Below, one piece after another: positions 1 to 8,500 of a DNA stretch of 29,300 nt (positions are counted from its first letter, which is position 1; each line of letters opens with the position of its first letter). The notes beneath the pieces are model-generated. The model was not told where the DNA came from. It worked only from the letters and a program-made list of their open reading frames with translations, and searched no databases. This stretch comes from a virus. Lineage: Duplodnaviria > Caudoviricetes. Made by a program: the position numbers and the translations under genes. Location: the IMG/VR virus record IMGVR_UViG_3300037408_000392, positions 1-29,300 of that record. The stretch is one strand, 5' to 3'.

Positions 1-1
1 G

Positions 2-139
2 ATCAAGGTCAGCCACCGCGGGTACGGCGTAACGGTGACGGGGCGTGGGAAGGCTCGGCTCCGCTGCACCTTCGCCACGGCGAACGGCGAGGACAAGTGC
101 TCCAACGCGCAGGGCGGCGAGCTGTGGATCGAACGCTGA
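2..139 (+). CDS. 3' end of a truncated hypothetical protein (...IKVSHRGYGVTVTGRGKARLRCTFATANGEDKCSNAQGGELWIER*)
   Basis: Frame 2 is open from the window edge to TGA at 137-139, with GC3-rich codons; not in the ORF track. Confidence 0.6.
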   Translation: MKVSHRGYGVTVTGRGKARLRCTFATANGEDKCSNAQGGELWIER

Positions 140-237
140 AAGCCCGCCTCGCGGACGCAGCGCTCGGGATCGTCATCTTCGCGGCGCTCCTGGTGCTCAT
201 CTGGTACGGCTGGCTGCAGGACGCGCTGTCGTGGTGA
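124..237 (+). CDS. 37-aa single-pass membrane peptide (MDRTLKARLADAALGIVIFAALLVLIWYGWLQDALSW)
   Basis: GTG at 124, TGA at 235-237; one clear hydrophobic helix; fills the gap between neighbouring genes; below the ORF-track cutoff. Confidence 0.6.
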   Translation: MDRTLKARLADAALGIVIFAALLVLIWYGWLQDALSW

Positions 238-239
238 CG

Positions 240-659
240 ATGCGCGCCATCGTCGAAGACAGGCTGGGGCCGGGAGAGGCCACGGCGGCATGCCGCAAGG
301 CGTCCGCCAGGTGGCAGGGGAGGGGCGCCGTGGGCAGCATTGAGAGAATCCGGGCCGAGGCGAAGCCGGTCGTCGTGGACGTCCCAGCGCGCCTCGTGAC
401 CGTCGTGAAACAGTCGGGCGCCCCAGACGTCCAGCAGTTCGACGTCGCCGCGGTGAACGCTTCGATCGACCGGCAGGTCGCGGTGATGAAGCCCGAAGAG
501 CGCGTCGTCGCCATCGGCTACGTCGACCGCGACGGGGCGAGCGTCGCCGTGGTCGGGCGGCTCAACGTGCCCGTGGGCGACCTGAAGTGGACGATCACGG
601 GCACCCGCAAGTGGTCGGGCGACTGGAACGCGCAGGCCGCGTTCCGGTGGTCCCTGTGA
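240..659 (+). CDS. Hypothetical protein with an amphipathic beta-strand-rich C-terminus
   Basis: ATG at 240, 2 nt after the previous stop (the track ORF 45..659 is probably over-extended); typical codon usage. Confidence 0.65.
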   Translation: MRAIVEDRLGPGEATAACRKASARWQGRGAVGSIERIRAEAKPVVVDVPARLVTVVKQSGAPDVQQFDVAAVNASIDRQVAVMKPEERVVAIGYVDRDGASVAVVGRLNVPVGDLKWTITGTRKWSGDWNAQAAFRWSL

Positions 660-670
660 AGGAGGTCAAG

Positions 671-1054
671 ATGATCCGTCGCGCCGCAGCCGTCGCCGTG
701 CTCATGCTCGCCGTCGCGGCGAGCCTCGCGCTCGCCCAGGTCGCCCCCGGGCCAATGCCGGACCCCGTCGCCGCCGGCTCCGCCGCGATCCTCGCTCTCG
801 GATCGATCGCGACCGCGTTCGTGGTCTGGGGGGTGAAGCTCCTCCTCTCGAAGATCCCCGCGAACGTGGTCCTCTTCGCCGTGCCGGTGCTCGGGATCGG
901 CGTCAACTACGGCGTCGCGTGGCTGGTCGGGCACCCGCCCGCCGACCCACTGCTCGCAGCCCTCGCCTCGACCGCGGCCACCTGGCTCCGGGAGGTCGCC
1001 ACGACCCTCCCGAAGGGCCTGTCCCCGGTGACGCCGACGAAGGGGATGCTGTAG
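671..1054 (+). CDS. Membrane protein, putative holin-like (signal-peptide-like N-terminus plus 2-3 TM segments)
   Basis: GGAGG SD at 661-665, ATG at 671; hydrophobic segments AILALGSIATAFVVWGV and VVLFAVPVLGIGVNYGVAWLV; position in the late region. Confidence 0.6.
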   Translation: MIRRAAAVAVLMLAVAASLALAQVAPGPMPDPVAAGSAAILALGSIATAFVVWGVKLLLSKIPANVVLFAVPVLGIGVNYGVAWLVGHPPADPLLAALASTAATWLREVATTLPKGLSPVTPTKGML

Positions 1055-1059
1055 GGCGC

Positions 1060-1242
1060 ATGGCCCGCGCCATCGCAGAGGTGATCCGCGCCGCCGACGA
1101 GCAGCGGCGCCGGGAAGCTCAGGCGCGGGCCTACGTCCGCCTCCTCGAGGCGGTGCGGGACCACCTCCGCCACCCGTGCGGGCCCTCCGTCCAGCGGCTG
1201 CGCTACGAGGCCACCAGTACCACGGCCAGGGCGACACGATGA
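1060..1242 (+). CDS. Small basic helical hypothetical protein (60 aa)
   Basis: ATG at 1060 just after the previous stop; its TGA overlaps the next ATG (ATGA). Confidence 0.55.
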   Translation: MARAIAEVIRAADEQRRREAQARAYVRLLEAVRDHLRHPCGPSVQRLRYEATSTTARATR

Positions 1243-1592
1243 CGCCGCCCCCGCTCGACCTCGACCTGTTGATCAAGCTGGGCGGGCTGCTCGTCGCCTT
1301 CGCGATGGGATGGGCGACCCTGCGCGCCCAGGCGAAGCGGAACGAGGAGCGCGCCGACGAGCAGCAGCGGGGGCTGACAAGCGCCGTGCAGACCTGGCGG
1401 GACGAGAGTGTCGCGAACCGCCAGCTCGCGCAGGAGGCACTGCGCCAGGCCCAGGCGGCCCACGCCCGCGTCGACAACGTGGTCGTGCAGCAGCAGGCGC
1501 TCGAGGTGGCCCACGCGCGCCTCGACGAGCGGGTGAGCCTCAGCCGAATGAGAACCACGGCACGAGTCCGCCCCGAGGAGGCCTCCGAGTGA
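1239..1592 (+). CDS. N-terminal TM + coiled-coil protein (possible lysis accessory or spanin-like)
   Basis: LLIKLGGLLVAFAMGWATL followed by Q/E/A/R heptad-rich helix; ATGA and GTGA overlaps at both ends. Confidence 0.65.
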   Translation: MTPPPLDLDLLIKLGGLLVAFAMGWATLRAQAKRNEERADEQQRGLTSAVQTWRDESVANRQLAQEALRQAQAAHARVDNVVVQQQALEVAHARLDERVSLSRMRTTARVRPEEASE

Positions 1593-1996
1593 GCGGCTAC
1601 GCGACGAACACGGACATCATGCACGCGCTCGCCGCCGTCCGGGCCGAGCTCCAGAAACAGGGGGCGGACATCCGGCGGCTCGTCGACCAGCACAACAACC
1701 ACGAACGCCGTCTCGTCGAGCAGGAGCGCATGCAGCCTCGCATCGAGCGACTGACCGAGCACGTGGCAGAGATCGGCAGCAACGTGACGGTGCTCGTCGA
1801 GCGAGCCGAGGCCCAGGAGCGGCTCGTTTCCGCAGCGCTACGGATGGCCGGCGCCGAGCTCGCACGCCAGATCACCGACACCGTTCGGGCCGAGATGGCC
1901 GGCCTGCGGGTGCACCTGGGCTCGATCGAAGCTCGCCTCGACGACCGGCCGTGCCTCGCCGGGCCGGGGTGCACGCACACGGGGGGGGGCACGTGA
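1589..1996 (+). CDS. Coiled-coil hypothetical protein
   Basis: GTG at 1589 overlapping the upstream stop, with GAGGAGG upstream; heptad pattern; ends across a G9 tract. Confidence 0.7.
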   Translation: MSGYATNTDIMHALAAVRAELQKQGADIRRLVDQHNNHERRLVEQERMQPRIERLTEHVAEIGSNVTVLVERAEAQERLVSAALRMAGAELARQITDTVRAEMAGLRVHLGSIEARLDDRPCLAGPGCTHTGGGT

Positions 1997-2217
1997 GAGA
2001 GAGTCGAGACGCCGTCATCCACGCCGTCCCGGCCCGCGTGATCACGCCTATCCCCCCGTCCCCGCAGCAGGACGACGAGCGGGAGGAGGTGGGCCGCACG
2101 GTCGAGCAGGCGCTGCGCCACCTCACCGGACTTCGTTTCGCGCTGGAGCGCCTCCAGCGCCAGATCAACGGTCGGGGCTCGCCAACGCCACCCCCGGCAC
2201 AGACGGACGAGGAGTAG
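1993..2217 (+). CDS. Small hypothetical protein (74 aa)
   Basis: GTGA overlap; its end (GAGGAG) supplies the SD of the next gene. Confidence 0.6.
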   Translation: MRESRDAVIHAVPARVITPIPPSPQQDDEREEVGRTVEQALRHLTGLRFALERLQRQINGRGSPTPPPAQTDEE

Positions 2218-2220
2218 ACG

Positions 2221-2688
2221 ATGGCAGTCACCGCATACTGGTACACCCACGGGCTCTCGCAGGCCTTCGGCGGCGAGACGACGGGCGAGGCCCCGCTCGT
2301 GGACTTCCTCACGGACACGATCAAGGTGGCGCTCACCACGTCGAGCTACACCCCCAACCAGGACACCCACGATTTTTTCGATGACGTGACCAACGAGGTC
2401 ACGGGGACCGGCTACACCGCGGGGGGCGCGACGCTCGCCACCAAGACGCTCGCCAACACCAACAACGTCGTGAAGCTCGACGCCGACGACACCTCGTGGA
2501 CGACCAGCACGATCACGGCGCGGCGGGCGGTGATCTACAAGAGCACCGGCACGGCGAGCACCTCCCCGCTCCTCGCGTGGGTGGACTTCGGCGCGGACGT
2601 GTCGTCCTCGTCGGGGACGTTCCAGATCACATGGGACTCGGCGGGCATCCTCACCCTGACCGCGACCGACGCCTCCGGCTATCCGTGA
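2221..2688 (+). CDS. Small T/S-rich beta-structured virion protein, probable fibre/appendage subunit
   Basis: Motifs DTIKVAL, NEVTGTGYTAGG, ITARRAVIY, VDFGAD and GTFQITW match a widespread phage structural family; very strong GC3 codon bias like the capsid gene; followed by a stable hairpin. Confidence 0.75.
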   Translation: MAVTAYWYTHGLSQAFGGETTGEAPLVDFLTDTIKVALTTSSYTPNQDTHDFFDDVTNEVTGTGYTAGGATLATKTLANTNNVVKLDADDTSWTTSTITARRAVIYKSTGTASTSPLLAWVDFGADVSSSSGTFQITWDSAGILTLTATDASGYP

Positions 2689-2701
2689 TCTAACTGACCT
2701 G

Positions 2702-2736
2702 CTCGGGGGTGTGGGGACAGCCCCCACATCCCCGAG
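2702..2736 (+). terminator. 15-bp GC-rich hairpin (mRNA stabiliser/attenuator) overlapping the SD of the next gene
   Basis: CTCGGGGGTGTGGGG-acagc-CCCCACATCCCCGAG with one G.U pair; no U-tract. Confidence 0.6.
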
Positions 2737-2745
2737 GGACCAAGC

Positions 2746-4866
2746 ATGAGAAACGTCATTGTCGGGCTCGGGGCTCCCGCTGGTGCGCCCGGCTGGAAGC
2801 CGCTCAGGATCGGGGCCGGAGGTTTCATCACCGGCATGTCGATCGCCGACGACGGGACCAAGGTGATCCGCACGGACACGTATGGGGCCTACGTCTGGGG
2901 CGGGACCGAGTGGGAGCAGCTAGTTACGGCCACGAAGCTTGACCCAGCGCACTATGGTGCGCCGGGAGACAACGCAACCGGGGCGTATTCGATTGCTATT
3001 GCGCCAAGCGACTCGACACGGATCTACATGGTATGGGGTGGGTACCTCTACAAGAGCACGAACGGCGGCGACTCCTTCACCCGCACGGCGTTTACCTACA
3101 GGTCAGACCTCGACGCGAATGACTCCTACCGGACGTATACGGGCAAAATGGCTGTAGACCCCAACGACCCCGACGTGGTGTATGCGGGGACGGTGTCGAA
3201 CGGCATGTTCCGCACGCTGGACGGCGGGACCACATGGTCAAGCGTGTCGGGAGTAACAGCGGGGGCGACGGCCGGTCACTGCGGAATCGCGTTCGACCGG
3301 ACGAGCGGCACGACCAGCGGCCGGACCAACGTGATCTATGCAGGCAGCTACGGCAATGGTGTGTGGCGCAGCGCGGATGCCGGGGAGACTTGGACTCGCA
3401 TCTCCTCAACTCTGACATCATGCTCGGCGGGATACTGCGGGAACACCTCGGGCGTCTACTACTGCGTCAGCGGGACGACGCTCGCCAAGTACGATGGCTC
3501 ATCGTGGACGACGCTGGATACCAGCAGCTTCCAGGATCGGACCGTGTCCGTCCTCGCGATGCCTTCGGACAATACGAAGGTGGTGGCGGCGGTTGACGCA
3601 GGCTCGCTCGCCGTGTCTACCAATAGCGGATCAACGTGGAGCTTTAAGGGGTGGTTCCCGAGCCGCACGGCAACGGATGTGCCGTGGCTGGCGTGGACGA
3701 ATGAGAGCTACATGTCCACGTCGATCATCGTGCCCGACCCCGTCACGTCTGGTCGGGTATGGCTGGCGCAGGGGATTGGGGTTTGGTACACCGACAACGT
3801 CGATGCCGAGCCAACCGCGTGGACGTCGCAGAGTAGGGGCATCGAGCAGCTAGTCGCCAGTTGGCTGTGGAGCGTGCCGGGCGGATCGCTCTTCGCGGCA
3901 GCATGGGACAGGCCCATTTTCCGCATCACGGACCCGGACACCTTCCCATCGACACACGGCACAAATCGTGACCACTCGATCATAAAGGGATGGAGTGTCG
4001 AGCACGCAGTAGACAACACGGCATTTGTCGTCGCAGACGCTGGATGGTTTGGCGACGAGGAGTCCAGCTATTCGACCGATGGCGGGGCGACGTGGACGAA
4101 GTTCCCCGCAGTCCCACCGTGGGGGACTGCGGGGAAGGGTCACATTGCCGTCAGCACGACGACAAACTGGGTGTGGATGTCGAACGCTACGGCGGCGGGC
4201 TACTACACCACGAACGGGGGAACGTCGTGGACCAAGCTTTCGTTTCCCAGCCCGTTCGTGGATGACACATCGTCGCAGGGGTGGGGTGGCTTCGATGCCC
4301 AGCTTTACCTCGACCGGCACGTCGTCTGCGCCGACCGGGTCACAGCGGGCACCTTCTACGCCTACCACAATGGCGAGACGAGCCCATCCGTGTTCAGGAG
4401 CACGGACGGCGGGGCGACGTGGACGCGGGTCTACTCCTCGCGGCTCACCACCTACTCGATGGACTACTGGAACGGGAAGCTGAAGGCCGTACCCGGCAAG
4501 GCCGGGCATCTGTTCTGGACGCCCAGCCAGGTCGGTGGAACCAACCCTGCATCGGGCGCATACCTCATGCGTTCGACGGATGGCGGCGAGTCGTGGTCTG
4601 CGGTGTCGAACCTGCTGGAAGTCTATGACGTGGGCTTCGGGAAAACCCCATCGGGTGGCTCGTACCCGAGCATTCACGTCATCGGGTGGCTCAGTGGGAC
4701 ATACGGCATATATCGCAGCGACGACAACTGCACGACATGGACAAGCATCGGCCCCTACCCGCTGGGCTCGCTCGACTGGCCCGTGTGCGTCTCTGGAGAT
4801 GAGAACGTGGAGGGCCGGACCTACGTCGGATTCAAGGGCAGCGGGTTCGCCTACTACGATGTTTAA
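2746..4866 (+). CDS. GH74-like (xyloglucanase-type) double beta-propeller glycoside hydrolase with BNR/Asp-box repeats; putative virion depolymerase
   Basis: N-terminal WKPLRIGAGGFITG...RTDTYGAY (GH74 pattern IGGGGF...RTDxGGAY); GIEQLV...AAWDRP in the second propeller; nine S/T-x-D/N-x-G-x-T/S-W/F-type Asp boxes; no signal peptide. Confidence 0.8.
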   Translation: MRNVIVGLGAPAGAPGWKPLRIGAGGFITGMSIADDGTKVIRTDTYGAYVWGGTEWEQLVTATKLDPAHYGAPGDNATGAYSIAIAPSDSTRIYMVWGGYLYKSTNGGDSFTRTAFTYRSDLDANDSYRTYTGKMAVDPNDPDVVYAGTVSNGMFRTLDGGTTWSSVSGVTAGATAGHCGIAFDRTSGTTSGRTNVIYAGSYGNGVWRSADAGETWTRISSTLTSCSAGYCGNTSGVYYCVSGTTLAKYDGSSWTTLDTSSFQDRTVSVLAMPSDNTKVVAAVDAGSLAVSTNSGSTWSFKGWFPSRTATDVPWLAWTNESYMSTSIIVPDPVTSGRVWLAQGIGVWYTDNVDAEPTAWTSQSRGIEQLVASWLWSVPGGSLFAAAWDRPIFRITDPDTFPSTHGTNRDHSIIKGWSVEHAVDNTAFVVADAGWFGDEESSYSTDGGATWTKFPAVPPWGTAGKGHIAVSTTTNWVWMSNATAAGYYTTNGGTSWTKLSFPSPFVDDTSSQGWGGFDAQLYLDRHVVCADRVTAGTFYAYHNGETSPSVFRSTDGGATWTRVYSSRLTTYSMDYWNGKLKAVPGKAGHLFWTPSQVGGTNPASGAYLMRSTDGGESWSAVSNLLEVYDVGFGKTPSGGSYPSIHVIGWLSGTYGIYRSDDNCTTWTSIGPYPLGSLDWPVCVSGDENVEGRTYVGFKGSGFAYYDV

Positions 4867-4878
4867 GGAGATGGCCGC

Positions 4879-5544
4879 ATGGCTCTCACGTTGACGCATA
4901 CCGCAGCTCCAGCCGTGGTGAATGACAATTTCACCAACGACCCCTACACTTTCTCGGCCGTGGACATCGGGGCGGCGGCATCAGATCGAATCGTGGTGGT
5001 TGGGATAGTGTGGGCGTATTACACCTCGCGTGACCTATCTTCGGTGACCATCGGTGGCGTGTCGGCGACGATTGTCGGCGGCTCGACGACCGGGTGCGCT
5101 ATTGCCTACGCGGCCGTCCCGACTGGGACCACCGCAAACATCGTTCTAGACTGGCCTTATTCGGTCGATCTCGTCGGCATTGCGGTGTGGAGACTTGTCG
5201 GGGCCGAGTCCGCGCCGACAGCCAACGGGTCGAAAGCGGACGGCTGGACGACGACCAGCACACTCTCGTCAGCAATTACTATCCCGGCTGATGGTGTCGG
5301 AATGGTCGTCGGCTACTGCGAAGCCGACATCGCGATTACATGGACAGGTGCGACTGCCGATTCTTATGACCATGAGGCCACCGGGAATGGTGCGGGCTGT
5401 TTCTCGGCGCATCACAGCACGGCCGGGTCTTGGAATCCATCCGGCAGCCACAGCGGCACCATGACACGGCTCTTCGCCGTGACATGGGCTCCCGCTGCTG
5501 GGGCGGGGGAACCCGGCTCGATCTACTCCACCGTCGAGCTGTAG
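4879..5544 (+). CDS. Beta-sandwich virion accessory or adhesin-like protein
   Basis: AAGGAG SD; YTFSAVDIGAAASDRIVVVG motif recalled from phage fibre-tip domains; T/A/G/S-rich. Confidence 0.6.
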   Translation: MALTLTHTAAPAVVNDNFTNDPYTFSAVDIGAAASDRIVVVGIVWAYYTSRDLSSVTIGGVSATIVGGSTTGCAIAYAAVPTGTTANIVLDWPYSVDLVGIAVWRLVGAESAPTANGSKADGWTTTSTLSSAITIPADGVGMVVGYCEADIAITWTGATADSYDHEATGNGAGCFSAHHSTAGSWNPSGSHSGTMTRLFAVTWAPAAGAGEPGSIYSTVEL

Positions 5545-5547
5545 CAC

Positions 5548-8500
5548 ATGGCCGCTCCGCTCATCGAGGCCGCCGACTGCACCGAGAGCGGGAACAACAC
5601 CGCCACAACCTCGTGGGACATCTCGCGGCCCGCGCAGGCTGATGGCGACCTGATCGTCGTCTGCCTGTGCTCTGACGCGAACGTCACGCACACGCTGCCG
5701 TCGAGCGGGCCGAATAGCGAGACGATCAACACGATCAGCGGCAGCTTCGGGGGCACGGCGCAGGTCGTGAGCGTGTTCTGGTGGAAGGCCAGCGGCTCGG
5801 CGACCTCGGGCACGATCACCGTCACGCCGTCCGCATCTGAGCAGTGGACCGCGTGCGCGTTCAAGGTGCCCGCCGGGGAGTTCGATGCGACGACGCCCAT
5901 CGGGGCGAGCGCGACGAACAACGACACGGTGGCGGGGTCCACCATCGATACCCCGTCCTTCACCGCCGGGTCGTCGGACGGGGGCGGCAGGCTGGTCGCG
6001 TGGATCGGCATGGATGTTGTGCAGGTGTCCACCCCCGCGAGCGGGTGGTCGATGCCTGCCAGTGAGGACCGGGGGGCGATGGGCGGGTCGCTGCTCACCC
6101 GCGATGCCGAGGTCACAAACTCCGAGTCCATTGCGTCGGCCTCGCACACGCTGGTCAGCAACGAAACCGGCAGCGTTGTCGCATTCGTTGTGCGTGGCCC
6201 TGCGGGAAGCCCAACCGTCAACGCGGTCACCGCCACGGCCAGCGCAGCAGCCCCGGCCCCGGCTACCAGTGTCAGCGCGATCATACAGGCTGTCGCTGGT
6301 GCGGCTTCGGCAGTCGCATCCGTCGTAAGTGCGACCATCACGGCCACGGCGTTCGCTGTCGCCGCAACGGCGGCCCCGGCGGCACCGGCACCAGGGGCGA
6401 CCGGCGGCACCGGAGGCAATGCGACGGTCGAGTCCGTCGTCGCCACGGCGAGCGCCAGCGTACCCGCCGATGCGCCCACACTGACGGCGACGGCCTATGC
6501 TCCTGCGGGGGCTGCATCAGCCTCGGCCCAGGCACCAGTTGTCGCTGCCGTCCAGAACGTTGACGCTGTCCCCGCCGAGGCATCTGGCGGCGCACCCGCG
6601 CCAGCATCGTCAGCCGGGTCGGGTGTCGCCGCGACGACGGCATCGGCGTCTGGGTCGGCTCCCGTGTCCAGCGTGGCGAGTGGGGCCGTGGTGTCCGCGC
6701 AGCCAGCCACAGCCGACGCCCGGGCCTCGGACGACATCCCGGTAGCGTGGGGGGCTCACGCTTCGTTCAGCACCGCATCCGATGGCACGGTCACCCGCAC
6801 GGCCACGAATGGCCTCTCGGGCACGGTGACCGGCCCCGCCCGTTCGGGCAACTGCTGGGTCGAGGCGACGGCCACCTCCAACACGCAGCTCGCCGCCATC
6901 GGCCTGAGCTACGACGACCCTGCGGACGACTTCCAGAACATCGACTACTACGTCCTGTTCGGGCAGGACGGGATCGCCCGCCACTACGAGAACGGGTCGT
7001 TCGTCGCCTCTCTCGGCTCGTATGTCATCGGGGACACCTTCCGGCTGGAGTACGTCGACGTACATGCCGCGCTCCCGCAGTCCATCCAGATCATCAAGAA
7101 CGGCACGGTAGTCAGGGGGTCGCTGGTCGCCCCGTCATTCCCGCTGATCCCCTGCGCGTGGGTGAACATCCAGGGCGCGACACTTGGGCCGTGCCGTCAG
7201 GGCGCGAAGCCCGCCGTCAGCGCCGGGGCGACGGTGGCGGGAACCGCAGGGGCCGCCGCGACAGAGGCCGTGCTGCCCACGGTGAGCGGGACCGGGAACG
7301 GCTCCGTCGCCGGGGTGGTCGCAACAGCGGCAGCCTCGCCCCCCGCCCCCGTGGCGTCCGGTACGGGAACGGGAGAGGTGGCCGCCCAAACGGCAACGGG
7401 GAGCGCGGACGCTCCCGCGCCTGCGCTGTCGGGATCTGCTTTCGTCACGGGCTCCACGGCGGCATCGGCTGCGGATGCGCCCCTCCCGGTGGTGAGCACG
7501 TCCGGGTCGGCTAGCGTGACGGCCGTTCCTGCGGCTGCGTCTGCGGGCGCCGTTGTGGATGGGGCGGTCATCTCCGCCACAACTGGCGCTCCGACGGGCA
7601 CGTCCACTGCTTCCGCTTTGCCGCCGACCGCCTCCGGTACGGGCGACGGCGCGGTGGCAGCAACGACGGCCATCGCAGACGGTTCGGCACCATCGCCAAC
7701 AAGCACCGTCAGCGCAGAAGTCGCTGCGGTGGCCTCCGAGTCGACCACTTCCGCGTCGGCCCCGACCGTCACAGGGACCGGGGTGTCTGAGGTCGCAGCC
7801 GTCCCGGCAACGGTCACGGCGGGTGTGGGGGTCGAATCGCCGAGCGTGACTGCGACAGTGGGGTCTGTTGCTGCAGGCGCCGGGGCGTCCGCGATCAGCC
7901 CCGCTGTAGCGCACGACGGATTCGTAGCGGCGGTCCCGGCGACGGCGTCAGCCGACGTAGAGGTCAGCGGGGACGGGTCTGTCTCGATCGAGCAGGGGGT
8001 AGACGACCCAGCGGAGGCGACGGCGTCGGCCGTACCGCCAGCGGTCAGTGCCCCGGGGACGGTGTCCGGGGTCGCCGCGACGGCGTCGGCGTCGGCAGGC
8101 GTCCCGTCTGCCGCCGGGACGGGCCAGTCTGAGGTCGGCGCGATCACCGCACAGAGCGTTGCCGCTGCGGTCCCGCCCGCCCTGGCGGCCTCGTCCGTGG
8201 TCGCATGTCCCTCCCCCGCTGCAGTCGCCGCCGCGCCTGTCCCAGTGGTTTCGGGAACGACGGTGGTCGAGGTCGTCGCGGTACCAGCGCAGGCCTCGAG
8301 CGCGGCTCAGGCCCCGTCCCTCCTCGTTCATTCCACGGTAACGACGCCGGCCGGAATCGCGAGTGCCGAAGCGGGCGTCCCATCCGTCGCCGGGACCGAG
8401 GCCGGCGAAGTCGCCGCCATCCCGGCCACCGTGTCGGCCACCGTACAGCCACCCGCTGCGGCTGGAGGGGCTACTGTCGCCGCCATCCCGGCCACAGCCG

